In this document: positions 32,762 to 45,635 of the stretch, piece by piece
Numbering within the stretch: the stretch's first letter is position 1
Layout of the letters: each line of letters begins with the position of its first letter
The notes under the pieces: model-generated
Told to the model about the DNA's origin: nothing
The model's database searches: none
The model's input: only the letters and a program-made list of their open reading frames with translations
Assembly (NCBI GenBank): GCA_963789955.1
Contig: CAWBMV010000001.1
Location: 288,001-352,000, forward strand
DNA from: an uncultured Candidatus Rokubacteria bacterium
GTDB taxonomy: Bacteria > Methylomirabilota > Methylomirabilia > Rokubacteriales > CSP1-6
Direction of reading: 5' to 3'
Length of the DNA stretch: 64,000 nucleotides
Made by a program: the position numbers and the translations under genes

Positions 32762-33512
32762 TCACTTCAAGGGTATGCGGAACTCGACGAACACGCCGCC
32801 GCTTCGGGGGATCCCGACCCGGATGTCCGACTTGATCCCGAGCAGGCTTTCCGCCATGTAGTTCAGCGCGCCGATCGGATCGGTCGCGATCAGGCCGACG
32901 TGGTCGTACCACTTGAGCTCGGGCTTGCGTCTGATCCAGTTTCTGAATGGCTCGAAGACGAAGCCGCCGAGCAGAGAGCCCCCGACGGGCGTGACGATCA
33001 GATCCTGGAAGGAGGGCCGTTCGAAGATCGCCTCGATCCCGAACTCGTAGATCGCCGAGGCGACGGCCGAGTACAGGAACGAGTCGATGCGGTCGAAGCC
33101 ACGCTCACGCGCGCGAGTGTAGTAGGTGGCGCCAAAGTACGAATGCCCGATGTAGTTCACGGGCCAGCTGTCGTCATCCCAGTGAGGGCTTGAAGCGTTC
33201 TCCCACCATTTCTCGAAGCTGATCTCCTTGTTCTGATGGGACCAGTTCGAGACGCTCGCCGGGACGACGATAGAGGATCGCGGCGCCGACGACCTGGTAG
33301 CCGATGATGAACCCGGTGTCGCGCAAGAGTCCCAACCAGTCGCGAGGCTGCTCCGAGTCGTCGGGCAGGAGGTGAAACTTCACGGGCGCATTCTCGGTCG
33401 TCACGCGAACCCACCATTCGGTCGCGTCGGGATCTTCCTCGGCGAACGCCGCCGGCACCGCCGCGAGCGAAAGGGATGCTGCCACGAGTAGAGCGACGAG
33501 GGAACGCAACAC
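32762..33512 (-). CDS. DUF3943-like secreted protein (frameshifts about 33160-33270)
   Basis: Signal peptide; WDDDSWPVNYIGHSYFGATYY, YEFGIEAIFERPSFQDLIVTPVGG. Confidence 0.7.
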
Positions 33513-33603
33513 CGGATGCGTACCATGCCGGGCGCGAGTCGGCTCCGTCCATCGGACCTTGGTCCATGCCGACCCGGACGGACGAGACGCGCGCGATATG
33601 GCG

Positions 33604-36056
33604 CTAGACGCGAAGCCGTGCGCCCGCGGGATCGTAGAGCACGTCCGGCGCGACCTCGGCGGCGAAGCGCGCGCCGAAGGCTTCCACCTCGAGCGGTGTG
33701 CCGGTCGCCGAGAGCGCCGTTGGTAAATACACGAAACCGATGTGCTTCGCGACCGTGTAGCCCCAGCCCACGCTGCGCAGCCGTCCCGCCACACGGCCAC
33801 CGGCGTACACCGCCTCGCCACCGTAGAGGTCCGACATGGTCGGGCATCGCCGCCGTCAGTGTGATCGTGCAGAGCTTCCGCGTGAGTCCCTCGGCCTTGA
33901 TCCGGCTCAGCGCCTCGCGGCCGACGAAGTCTCCCTTCTGCAGGCGCACGCAGAAGCCGAGCCCGGCTTCGTAGGGGTTCTCGGCCGGCGTGAGATCGCT
34001 GCTCCAGTAGCGGTAGCCCTTTTCGAGCCGCAAGGAGTCGACGGCCTTGTACCCGACGGGCTCGATGGCAAAGGGCCGGCCGGCCGCGAGCAGCGCGTCC
34101 CAGACCGCGACGGCATGGCGGTTCTCGACGTAGAGCTCCCAGCCGAGCTCGCCGACGTAGGTCACACGCTGGGCGCCGACCGCGGCGCCGGCGATCTCGA
34201 TCGGTCGCGCCGACATATAAGGAAGGGCCGCGTTCGACACGTCGCTCGCGGTGACGGCCTGGAGCACGCGACGCGCGTCGGGGCCCCAGAGGCCGATGCA
34301 CGCGAACGCGTCCGTCACGTCGCGCACCTGCACGCTGTCGTCGGACGGCAGGTGCATCAGGATCCACCCGAGGTCGCTCGCGACGAAGTTGCTGCCGGTC
34401 GTCACCCGGAAGCGATCCGGCGCCCAGCGCGTGACGGTCAGGTCACTCTCGATTCCGCCGCGCGGGTTGAGGAACTGCGTGTAGATCACGCTGCCGACCG
34501 GGCGATCGACGTCGTTGTCGGCGAGCCGCTGCAGCAGCGCCAGCGCGCCCGGGCCGCTCACGTCGAGCTTGCCGAACGAGGTGAAGTCGAAGAGGCCGAC
34601 CCGCTCGCGGACGGCCCGGTGCTCGGCGCCGACGCGGTCGAAGAACGCCGCGCGCGCCCAGCCCCAGCGGCGCTGATCGGTGCCCGCGCGGCGACCGGGT
34701 GTGCCCGGCATGAAATAGTTGGCGCGCTCCCAGCCGTTCTTCTCGCCGAACACCGCGCCGGCTTCGCCGAGCCGCGCGTCGAGCGGGCTCAGGCGGCGCG
34801 CGCGGGCCCACTCGTTCTCGTCGTGGGGATAGCGGAGCATGTAGTAGTACTTGTACGATTCGCGCGCGCGCTCGGCGGCGTACGCGCGATCCTCGTACAC
34901 CGGCCCGAAGCGTCGGACGTTCAGCTCCGTCACGTCGTGCGGCGGCTCGCCGTCGACGAGCCAGTCGGCCACGATGTGGCCGATCGCGCCGCCGGCGCCG
35001 AAGCCGGTGTGCGACAGACCCGCCGCGACCCAGAACCCGGGGACGCCGGGCACCGGACCGAGCAAGGGACGGCTGTCGGGGGTGATACCTTCGGGGCCGT
35101 TCACCAGGTGCGCCAGCTCGGCCTTTGACAAGATCGGCACGCGCCGGATCGCGCCCTCGAGGATCTCGTTGAACAGCTCCCAGTCGGACGGCAGGAGCTG
35201 CTGCGTGAAGTCCCAGGGCACGCCGCCGACCGACCACGCGACCGGGCTACGCTCGAAGCCGCCGATGAGAAATCCGCCGACCTCCTCACGCATGTAGACG
35301 AGGTTCTCCGGGTCGCGCAGGCACGGCGTCGAGCGGGGGAGCTGGTGGTCCGGGATCGGCTTCGTCGCCAGATGCTGATGGACCAGCGGCGTGATCGGCA
35401 GACTGACGCCGACCATCGCGGCGATCTGCGACGCCCACATCCCGCCCGCATTGATGACGATCTCCGTGTGGATCGCGCCGTGGTCCGTCTCGACGGCCGC
35501 GACGGCGCCCCGGCGATGTCCGCCGGATCCCGGTGACGCGCACGCCGGTGTTGAGCTCGACGCCCAGGCGGCGTGCCTGCGCGGCCAGCTCCATCGTCGC
35601 GCCGCTCGGATCGAGCCAGCCATCGCCCGGCAAGTACATCGCGCCGTGGAGGCTCTCGGCGGACATCAACGGGAAGATGCGAAGTGATTCGGCCGGCGAG
35701 ATGGTGTCGACGTCGAGCCCGATCGCGCGGGCCATGCCGACCTGCCGCTGGAGGAATCGAAGCTGATCGCCGCTCGAGGCGACGCGAAGGCTCCCGACCT
35801 CGTGCCAGTGCTCCGCCGATCCGGGCTCCGCCTGCAGCCGCCGATAGAGCTCGATGCTGTACTTCCGCATCCGCATGAGCGTCGGCGACGTATGAAAGTG
35901 CGTCACCATCCCCGCGGCATGCCACGTCGACCCGCTCGTCAACTCCCCCTTGTCGACGAGCACGACATCCGTCCACCCCTTCCGCGCCAGATGATACGCA
36001 ACACTACACCCCGCAATCCCCCCACCAACAATCACCACCCGCGCCCTCTCCCTCAT
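33604..36056 (-). CDS. GcvT-family FAD-dependent dimethylglycine/sarcosine dehydrogenase-like protein (frameshifts near 35520 and 33840)
   Basis: VIVGGGIAG, TSGSTWHAAG, NGPEGITPD, GWERANYF, DFTSFGK, SLRLEKGYR, YDPAGARL. Confidence 0.9.
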
Positions 36057-36158
36057 AAGCCGCGCCACCATCCCATCCGCTCCACCCGCGGTCTCATGCG
36101 CACGACCGGGGGCGCGTGCTCGGCGTGGATCACGGCAACATTGGCCGACACGGGATGT

Positions 36159-36323
36159 CGGGGTGCGGCGGGCGAGTGGGCGTGGGAGGGGTCGACCGGA
36201 CCCGTTCCCTCCAGGCGACGTCGGAAGTCGCGTGCCGAGATGGAGCCCAGCCGCCGCGGAGCAGCGCACGCGTGCCGCGTGGTCCGGCGACCCCTCCCAC
36301 GCCCGCTCGCCCGCCGCACCCCG
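36159..36323. repeat. Long-stem hairpin element, family 1 copy B (opposite orientation to A)
   Basis: About 41-bp arms (36159-36200 and 36283-36323; 1 bulge, 1 mismatch) around an 82-bp core homologous to copy A. Confidence 0.85.
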
Positions 36324-36354
36324 GCGCCCAGCGTCGAAGCGGAGGTTGTGGGCA

Positions 36355-38060
36355 CTAGCGCTGTCGCCACGCTTGCGTCCGCCGCGTGAGCCACCGACCG
36401 AGGAGCAGATGGAGCATGCGAGCCGCGACGTTGGTGTAGAAGATCATCATCGCCATGGCCGCTGCGGACGCGATCTCACCCGTATCGTCCATGTTCAGCA
36501 CGGAGATGGACGCCAGCTCCGTCTTCGGTCCATAGATGAAGACGACGCCCGAGACGGTCGTCATCGCGTTCACGAACATGTAGATCGCGATGTCGAGCGT
36601 CGACGGCAAGCACACCGGCACGGTCACGCGCCAGAAGGTTCGATAGAACGGCTGCTTCAGCGAGGCGGATACCGTCTCGAACTCGGGATCCATCTGACGC
36701 AGCGCCGTCAACGCGGTCAGGTGCCCCACGGTGTAGAAGTGCACGATCGTGTTGATGACCAGGATCGCCATCGTGCGGTAGAGCACGTTGAGCGGATTCG
36801 CCGGGTGCGTTGAAGAAGAAGATGTAGGCGAGGCCGAGGACGAGCCCGGGCACCGCCATCGGGAGCATCGCCAGGAAGTGGAAGATGCCTCGGCCCAGCG
36901 CGAAGCCCCGCGCCTTCTCGACGAGATAGGCGCCGGCGAACACGACCACGGTTCCGATGACACCCGTCAGGAACGCCAGCCGGATCGAGTTGTAGTACGA
37001 GGCCCAGCCCCCGCCGCCCTTCTGGTCGAAGTCGTAGTGCGCCGTCGTCAGGGTCAGGTTGTAGGGGAAGAACTTCACGACGGCTGCGAACTGGGAGATC
37101 GCGACGATGCTCAGGATGGCGAGCCCCGTCACGACGCAGTAGCCCAGCATCAGGAGGTCGAACAGGCGCTGCGGCGCTGGCTGGTAGGGCACGGCGCGCG
37201 CGGAGAGGAGCGCCACCTGGCGGCGCCGCACCGCGCGATCGACGATGAAGGCGAAGATCGCGGGCACCAGCAAGATCACGCTGACGACGGCGCCCATCTG
37301 GAAGTTCTGCTGGCCGATGACCTGCTTGTACACGTCGGTCGCCAGCACGTTGTACTGGCCGCCGATGACCTTCGGCGCGCCGAAGTCGGTGACGACCGTG
37401 GTGAAGACGACGAACGTGGCGCTGATCAGACCGTAGCGCGCGCCCGGCAGGGTGACGGTCCAGAAGATCTTCGGCCGCGACGCGCGGAGCGCCACCGCCG
37501 CCTCGTAGAGCCGCGCGTCGGCGAGCGCGAGCGCGGCCAGGATGATCAGCAGGGCGTGCGGGAAGGTCGTGAAGACTTCCGCCATGACGATGCCGATCGG
37601 CCCGTAGATGCTGTGTCCGAGGAGCGCCCCCTTCAGCAACCCCTGGTTGCCGAACAGATAGACGAGCGCCAGGCCGGGCAGGAGCGAGGGCACGAGGATC
37701 GGGACGAGCGCGACGGTCTTGAAGAATCCGCGAAAGGGCATGCGCGAGCGCGTGAGCGCGTACGCGTACACGAACGCCAGCGGCACCGTGATGAGGGTGC
37801 TGAGGATCGAGACCCACAAGCTGTTACCGATCGACTGGAAGAGCGCCGGGGTCGAGAAATATCGGACGTAGTTGGCGAGACCGACGAACTCTTCCTTCGG
37901 CCCCTGGAAGCTCTTGGCGAGCATGAGACCGAGCGGCAGCGCGAGCGCGGCGACCAGGTAGAGCCCGATGACGCCGATGAAGAGGCGCATGAGCCGATCG
38001 TCGCGGCTCGACTCGGGCCGGACGATCGCGGCGGCATGATCCGCGCGCGCGACCGCGGCG
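36355..38060 (-). CDS. Putative 2-aminoethylphosphonate ABC transporter permease (start uncertain, frameshift near 36805)
   Basis: Double permease domain; PSLLPG, FGNQG, TDFGAPKVIGGQYNVLATDVYKQVIGQQNF, FVNAMTTVS. Confidence 0.82.
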
Positions 38061-39150
<1,090 letters not shown>

Positions 39151-39157
39151 GTCTGCC

Positions 39158-40212
39158 TTACTTCTTCGGCTCCGACTTCGCGCCGTAGCGCTTCTCCCAC
39201 TCGCCGAGGATCTTGGCGCGGTTCGTGGCCGCCCACTGGAAGTCGTTCTTGACCATGTGCGTCGAGCATGTTGCCCGGCAGGTACTCGACCGGCTGCGAC
39301 ATCTTCGAGATCGCGACCACCGCGTAGCCTTCGTTGTAGAGCTTCATGGCCTTGTCGGTGACCGACCAGTCGACGAGGGTCTTGGCCGCTTCGAGGTTCT
39401 TCGTGCCCTTCACGATCGCGGTGGCCTCCATGTCCCAGCCCGAGCCTTCCGACGGGAACACGATGTCGATCGGCGCGCCCTGCTTCTTCTGACGGGCGGC
39501 GCGGAACTCGAAGGACACCCCGATCGGGTACTCGCCGGCGCCGGCCATCGTGCACGGCTTGGAGCCGGAGTGCGTGTAGACGCCGATGTTCTGGTGGAGC
39601 GCGTCCATGTACTTCCAGCCCTCGGTCTCGCCGAAGAGCTGGAGCCAGCTCGAGACGTCGAGAAAGCCCGTGCCCGACGAGGCCGGGTTCGGCATGACGA
39701 TCGTGCCCTTGTAGACGGGCTTGGTCAGGTCCTTCCACGAGGCCGGCTTCGGGCAGGTTCTTCTTCTGGGCCTCGACGGTGTTGAAGCAGAGGGCCGCGA
39801 CCCACGCGTCCATCCCGACCCACGCCGGCGGGTTGTCCTTGTCCCGGAACTGCGCGTCGAGCCGCTCGACGCCCTTCGGCGCGTACGGCATCAGCATGCC
39901 CTCGGGCTTCAGCACCAGGAGACTCGTCGCGGCGAGACCCCAGATCACGTCCGCCTGCGGGTTTGCCTTCTCCGCGAGCAGCTTGGCGGTGATGACACCC
40001 GTCGAGTCGCGGACCCACTTGATCTCGATGTCCGGATAGTCCTCGTTGAAGCGGGCCGCGTACTTCTTGAGGTCGTCAGCCTCGACGGCCGTGTAGACCG
40101 TCAAGGTCGCCTTGGCGGCGCGAACGCTGGTCGCCGCGAATCCGATCGCCGCCGCGACGATCGCCGCGCACACCAGGAATGAGCCAAGCCTGACGCCGGT
40201 TCTGTGAGCCAT
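39158..40212 (-). CDS. Putative 2-aminoethylphosphonate ABC transporter substrate-binding protein (frameshifts near 39750 and 39265)
   Basis: [50 protein letters not shown]. Confidence 0.85.
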
Positions 40213-40287
40213 TGAGGGCCCTCCCTTCGCGAGGTGTCGCGATTCTAGCCTAGACGCCGGACTTTGTCAGGGCTCGCCACGAAACCG

Positions 40288-41134
40288 TCACACGAGCCGA
40301 TCACGCAGCCGCGAGCTGATCGCGTCGACCACCATCACCATGGCCACCGTCACGAGCAGCACCGTGGACGCCGCGCGGTAGTCGATCATCCGCAGATAGG
40401 TTTGAAGGTAAAAGCCGATGCCGCCGGCCCCGACGAAGCCGAGCACCGTCGCCGCGCGGATGTTGGTCTCGAGGCGATAGAGGACGTAGGAGAGGAACAG
40501 CGGCAAGCACCTGCGGGATCACGCCGAAGCGCAGCACCTGCAGCCGGGTCGCGCCCGTCGCGGTGATCGCGTCGACGGGCCCGGGATCGACGCCCTCGAC
40601 GGCCTCGCCGTAGAGCTTGGCGAGTGAGGTCGTCGTGTAGGCGACGACGGCGAGGACGCCGGGAAACGGGCCGAGCCCGACGGCGGCGACGAAGACCAGG
40701 GCGTAGACCAGCGTGTCCACGCTGCGGAAGAAGTTGAGGACGGCTCGCGCCGGGTAGAACACAGCGCCCGGCGCCACGTTGCGCGCGGAGAGGAAGCCGA
40801 GCGGCAGCGCCAGGACGGCGGCCACGGCGGTCCCGAGCAGCGCGATCTCGACGGTCTTGATCGCGCCCAGCAGCGCGGCCGGCAGCACGCTGAGATCGGG
40901 CGGCATCATGCGCCGGAGGAAATCGACGATCCAGGGCACGCCGCGGGCGAGACGGACCGGGTCGGCGCCGGTGTCCCAGACGAGCCACGCGAGGACGAGC
41001 AGCGCGACGAAGAGCCGGCGCGCATTATTGTAGCGGGGGCCGTGAGGCCGGCTGGGCCGAGGGTGGCCTGAGACAGGTGCGACCCGGCTCCGCACGCCCG
41101 GTCTTCTTCTCAACGCGAAGTGGCCCGGCTTCAT
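40288..41134 (-). CDS. phnE: Phosphonate ABC transporter permease (start uncertain, frameshift near 40505)
   Basis: VGLGPFPGVLA, KLYGEAVE, YRLETNIRAATVLGFVGAGGIG. Confidence 0.85.
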
Positions 41135-41877
41135 GTGTTGGGATCGTCCCCGTAGATCGCGCGCACGACCGTCGGCGTCACGGCGGCGGGTGGGCCGTCG
41201 AACGCGACGCGGCCCTGGCGGAAGCCGACGATGCGCGTCGCGTAGGCCAGCGCGGTTTCGAGCTGGTGCTGGCTGACCACGAGCGTGAGCCCCTGCTCGG
41301 TGTTGATGGCCTTGAGGATGTCCATGATGCTGCTGGTGAGCGCGGGATCGAGGCTGGCCGTGGGCTCGTCGGCCAGGATGACCTCGGGCCGTTGCGCCAG
41401 CGCGCGGGCGATCGCGACCCGCTGCTGCTCGCCGCCCGATAGCTTATCGGCGCGCCGCTCGGCGAGGTGAGCGAGGCCCACCTGGTCCAGACACGCGCGA
41501 GCCAGCTCGCGGTCGGCCTGCGGAAAGCTCCCGAACACGCTGGCGATCGGCGGCACGTAGCCGAGCCGTCCCGCGAGGACGTTGTCGATCGCCGAGGCGC
41601 GCCGCACCAGGTTGAACTGCTGAAACACCATGCCGATCTGCCGGCGAACCTCGCGGACCGCGACCGCGCCGGCGCCGGTGACGGCGCGGCCGGCCACGCG
41701 GATCGTTCCCGCGGTCGGCTCGACGAGCCGGTTCAGGCAGCGCAAGAAGGTGGTCTTGCCGGCGCCGCTCCGGCCGAGGACGACGACGAACTCGCCGCGG
41801 CCGATCGAGAGATCGACGCCGTGCAGCGCGACCGTCGAGGGCGGCAGGACGACACGCAGCCCCGCGACCTCGATCAT
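41131..41877 (-). CDS. phnC: Phosphonate ABC transporter ATP-binding protein
   Basis: [23 protein letters not shown]...[20 protein letters not shown]. Confidence 0.88.
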   Translation of the reverse strand: MIEVAGLRVVLPPSTVALHGVDLSIGRGEFVVVLGRSGAGKTTFLRCLNRLVEPTAGTIRVAGRAVTGAGAVAVREVRRQIGMVFQQFNLVRRASAIDNVLAGRLGYVPPIASVFGSFPQADRELARACLDQVGLAHLAERRADKLSGGEQQRVAIARALAQRPEVILADEPTASLDPALTSSIMDILKAINTEQGLTLVVSQHQLETALAYATRIVGFRQGRVAFDGPPAAVTPTVVRAIYGDDPNT

Positions 41878-41897
41878 CGGAGAGGAGGCGGCGGAGG

Positions 41898-42775
41898 TCA
41901 GCGCGGCTTGACGCCGAGCAGCTCGACCGCTGCGCGCACCGGGTCGTAGTCGCGGTCGTCGGCCGGCGCGAACCCGTCGATTTCGTAGAGGCGGCGCAGC
42001 AGCGCCGCATAGGCCGGCGCGCGAATCTGCAGGAGGGCCTCGCGCACCTTCGCGAACGTCGCCGGATCGAGGCCCGGGCGCGCGGCGATCCCGGCCTCCG
42101 GGATCTCGGGCGTCTCCGCGATATAGATGATGCGCTCGCGCTCGACGGGATCGGTCAGATACTGCTCGCGGGCCATGTCGAACGAAGCGAGCGCATCGAC
42201 GTGACCGTTGAGCAGGGCTCGCATCCCGGCGTCATGCGCGCCCGCGAACAGCACCTCACGAAAGAACGTCTTCGGGTCGCGGTCCTTCACGAGGCCGCGC
42301 TGGATCAAGAGGACCATCGGGTAGGTGTACCCCGACGAGCTGGCCGGATCGATGAACGCCATCGTCTTGCCGCGCAGATCCTCGAGCGTCTTGAGCCCGG
42401 ACTCCTTGCGGACGTAGATGCGCGAGGTGAACGAGCTCTTACCGTGCCAGAGGTTGCGAACGACGATCGTCGCCTTCGCCTCGCGGCTCGCCAGCACGTA
42501 GCCGACGGGGTGCACGAACGCGAGGTCGGCCGTGCGGTTGCGCAGCGCTTCGATCACCGCGGCGTAGTCCGAGGCGACGGTCACGCGCACCGGGATGCCC
42601 GACGCAGCTTCGTCAGCACCTTCGCGAACTCGTCCCCGGTCGCCAGCAGATCGGTCGGCTTCTGCGAGGGCGTGAGGACCAGGTGCAGGCCGTCGGCGGC
42701 GAGCGCGCTGCCCGGCGCTATGGCGCTCAGCGCGAGCGCCCACAGCGTCAGGCACGCAAGAGTGCGGGCGATCAT
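41898..42775 (-). CDS. phnD: Phosphate/phosphite/phosphonate ABC transporter substrate-binding protein (frameshift near 42605)
   Basis: Signal peptide; ASDYAAVIEAL, DPASSSGYTYP, FAGAHD. Confidence 0.85.
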
Positions 42776-42806
42776 CGGCGGTGAGTGTACCATCGAGAGA
42801 CCGGCC

Positions 42807-43499
42807 ATGAGATTCCTCTGGGCGCTGGTCTTCATCGCCGCGGCGGCGGGCGGCATCTATCTGGCCGATCGAATGGTCCTCGCTCCGAGCCGCGCGATGC
42901 AGCGCCAGCTCGAGGAGCGCGACGCGCAGATCCGCGCGCTCACCGAGCGCAATCAAGCCCTCGAAGCCGCCGTCCGGCTCCTGCGTTACGCCGAGCGGCG
43001 TGCCCGTCTCGTCGTGCTGGATCAGGCGCCCGGTCCCGAAGGTCATCAGCGGACCCGCGTCCGGTTCACCGAGCTCGACCCCCAGGGCGATCCGGTCGGC
43101 GAGCCGCGCGAGCTCACGCTCGACGGCGACGAAGTCTACGTCGACACGCTGGTGATCAAGTTCGAGGACAACTTCGTGATCGCGGGCGACGCGCTCAAGG
43201 GCAAGGCGCTGCTGCTCTTCCGGCGGATCTTCACCGACCGCAAGCGGCCCGCGGAAGGCGAAGTGCTCGACAAGGAAGGTCAGATCCCGCAGAGCTACGC
43301 CGCGGAGCGCGCGCCGACGGCGTTCGAGCGCGAGCTCTGGGCGCGATTCTGGGAGCTGGCCAACGACCCGGAGGAGGCGAAGCGGCGCGGAGTCCGCGCG
43401 CTGCACGGCGAGGCGGTGTCGACGCGCCTGCGTAAGGACCGCGTCTACTCGATCACCCTGCGCTCGACCGGCGAGCTGACGATCCAGCCGATCAAGTAG
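42807..43499 (+). CDS. Membrane-anchored coiled-coil hypothetical protein
   Basis: N-terminal TM helix, coiled coil, typical codon usage. Confidence 0.7.
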   Translation: MRFLWALVFIAAAAGGIYLADRMVLAPSRAMQRQLEERDAQIRALTERNQALEAAVRLLRYAERRARLVVLDQAPGPEGHQRTRVRFTELDPQGDPVGEPRELTLDGDEVYVDTLVIKFEDNFVIAGDALKGKALLLFRRIFTDRKRPAEGEVLDKEGQIPQSYAAERAPTAFERELWARFWELANDPEEAKRRGVRALHGEAVSTRLRKDRVYSITLRSTGELTIQPIK

Positions 43500-43501
43500 C
43501 G

Positions 43502-43529
43502 TTGACAAGCGCGCGGGGCGTGCGACCAT
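43502..43529 (+). promoter_or_regulatory. Sigma70-like promoter
   Basis: TTGACA at 43502-43507; TGc-GACCAT at 43521-43529. Confidence 0.4.
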
Positions 43530-43539
43530 ATCCCCCCGC

Positions 43540-44916
43540 ATGAGCGCGCCCACCGCGGAAGTCGTCATCTGCGGCGCCGGCATCGCCGGTATCGCCGCCG
43601 CGTATCACCTGGCCGTGCGTCGCGGCGTCACCGGCGTCGTGCTCGTCGACGAAGGCCCGCCGCTCTCGCTCACCAGCGACAAGTCGACCGAATGCTATCG
43701 GAACTGGTGGCCGGGACCCGGCGACGACATGGTCGCCCTGATGAACCGGAGCATCGATCTTCTCGAGGATCTGGCGCACGAGAGCCACAATCGATTTCTG
43801 CTGAACCGGCGCGGCTATCTTTTCGTCACGGCCGATCCGGCGCAGGTGCCGGTGTTCGTCGAGCGCGCGAAGGAAGCCGCGACGCGCGGCGTCGGCCCGG
43901 CCCGCATCCACGATCACGCGTCGAGCGACTACGAGCCCGCGCCGGCCGACGGCTTCGAGGATCAGCCGACCGGGACGGACGTCATCACCGATCCGACGCT
44001 CCTGCGCCGGTACTTTCCACACCTGGCGAGCGATACGAAGGCCGTGCTGCACGCGCGCCGCTGCGGCTGGTTCAGCGCGCAGCAGCTCGGGATGTACTTG
44101 CTCGAGCGCGCGCGCGAGCACGGCGTGCGATTCGTCGAGGGCCGGGTCGAGCGCGTCGACACGACCGGCGGGCGCGTGCGCGGCGTGCAGGTCGGCGCGC
44201 GGGGCGGCGACGTGCGCATCGCGACGGACCGGTTCGTGAACGCGGCCGGGCCGTTCGTGGGACGCATCGGCCGCTTGCTCGGTCTCGATCTGCCGGTGTT
44301 CTGCGAGCGCCACGCGAAGGTCGCGTTCAACGATGTCCTGGGCGCGGTGCCGCGCTGGGCCCCGATGACGATCTGGACCGACCCGATCACCTTGCCGTGG
44401 TCCGACGAGGAGCGGCAGGAGCTCCTGGCGTCGGCCGAGCACAAGCGCCTCGTCGACGAATTTCCGGGCGGCGTGCACGGTCGGCCGGAGGGCGCCGGCG
44501 ACAGCCCGGTCGTCCTGCTGATCTGGACCTACGACATCGAGCCGGTCGAGCCGACGTTTCCGATGGAGTTCGACGGCGCGTACGGCGAGATCTGCATCCG
44601 CGGGATGTCGCGAATGATCCCGGCGCTGTCGAAGTACCTGACGCGACTGCCGCGCGTCGTCGTCGACGGCGGCTATTACACGAAGACCCGGGAGAATCGT
44701 CTGCTCTCCGGGCCGTTGCCCGTCGAGGGGGCGTACATCCTGGGCGCGCTCTCCGGCTACGGGCTCATGTCTTCCAATGGCGCGGCGGATCTTCTGGCCG
44801 ACCACATCGCCGGACGCACGTTGCCGCGCTACGCGCCGGCATTCGCGCTGTCCCGCTACGACGATCCGGCGTATCGCGCGCTCGTGGAGCAGTGGGGAGA
44901 CTCGGGGCAGCTCTGA
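43540..44916 (+). CDS. FAD-dependent oxidoreductase (DAO/sarcosine oxidase beta-like)
   Basis: VVICGAGIAG, FVNAAGP, GGYYTKTRENR, GALSGYG. Confidence 0.85.
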   Translation: MSAPTAEVVICGAGIAGIAAAYHLAVRRGVTGVVLVDEGPPLSLTSDKSTECYRNWWPGPGDDMVALMNRSIDLLEDLAHESHNRFLLNRRGYLFVTADPAQVPVFVERAKEAATRGVGPARIHDHASSDYEPAPADGFEDQPTGTDVITDPTLLRRYFPHLASDTKAVLHARRCGWFSAQQLGMYLLERAREHGVRFVEGRVERVDTTGGRVRGVQVGARGGDVRIATDRFVNAAGPFVGRIGRLLGLDLPVFCERHAKVAFNDVLGAVPRWAPMTIWTDPITLPWSDEERQELLASAEHKRLVDEFPGGVHGRPEGAGDSPVVLLIWTYDIEPVEPTFPMEFDGAYGEICIRGMSRMIPALSKYLTRLPRVVVDGGYYTKTRENRLLSGPLPVEGAYILGALSGYGLMSSNGAADLLADHIAGRTLPRYAPAFALSRYDDPAYRALVEQWGDSGQL

Positions 44917-44977
44917 TCGAGGTGCGGCCGGTCGCGAGCGATCACCCGTGGCAACCATCGAGAAGAGGAGAACGATC

Positions 44978-45373
44978 ATGGCGGCGAAGCTCGAGAAGTA
45001 TTGCGCGCCGGGCGTCTACGATCCGCCCGGCTACAGTCAGGCCATCAAGGTGACGGGCGCTCAGACGATTCTGTTCCTGGCCGGCCAGGTGCCCTACGAG
45101 ATGGACGGCACCGTGAAGCACCGCGGCGATTTCCGAGGGCAGGCGCGGACCGTGTTCGGCGCCGTCAAGGCGCTCGTCGAGGCCGGCGGCGGCACGCTCG
45201 CCAACGTCGTGAAGATCACGACCTACGTCACCGACGTCCGCTATCGGATGGACTTTCGCGTCGTGCGCGACGAATTCTTCGGCGAACGGGGTCCGGCCTC
45301 GACGATGGTCCAGGTCGCGTCGCTCTCGCACCCGGACTACATGATCGAAGTCGAGGCTCTGGCGGTCGTCTAG
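44978..45373 (+). CDS. RidA family protein
   Basis: YSQA, LFLAGQV, VVKITTY, PASTMVQV.SL, IEVEA. Confidence 0.88.
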   Translation: MAAKLEKYCAPGVYDPPGYSQAIKVTGAQTILFLAGQVPYEMDGTVKHRGDFRGQARTVFGAVKALVEAGGGTLANVVKITTYVTDVRYRMDFRVVRDEFFGERGPASTMVQVASLSHPDYMIEVEALAVV

Positions 45374-45573
45374 CCTCTAGCCCGCATGCCCAATTGCGGG
45401 CCATCGGGCGTGACGCATCTGGCAGATCGCGCCCCGGACGCGCGACCGCGTGGCGTTGGGGGATGCTCGGCGAATATCCTGATCTGGGTATCCCGCTGCA
45501 CGGCGGACATGTGATGGGCGAAGTCCGCGTCAGGGCGGCGCGATTCGCCTGTACCGGACGTGCTCAGGCCCGC

Positions 45574-45635
45574 GATATGCTGCGAGATATGCCGCGAGGC
45601 GGGGATATGCGGTTCTGGATAGTTAGAAGTTAGGC
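45574..45635 (+). mobile_element. Putative integron attI-like site
   Basis: GTTAGAA-GTTAGGC at 45622-45635 preceded by three GATATGC direct repeats (45574, 45586, 45604); opens the cassette array. Confidence 0.5.

Noticed and set aside
45374..45573. Integron integrase remnant
   Set aside because: No tyrosine-recombinase motif recognisable in any frame
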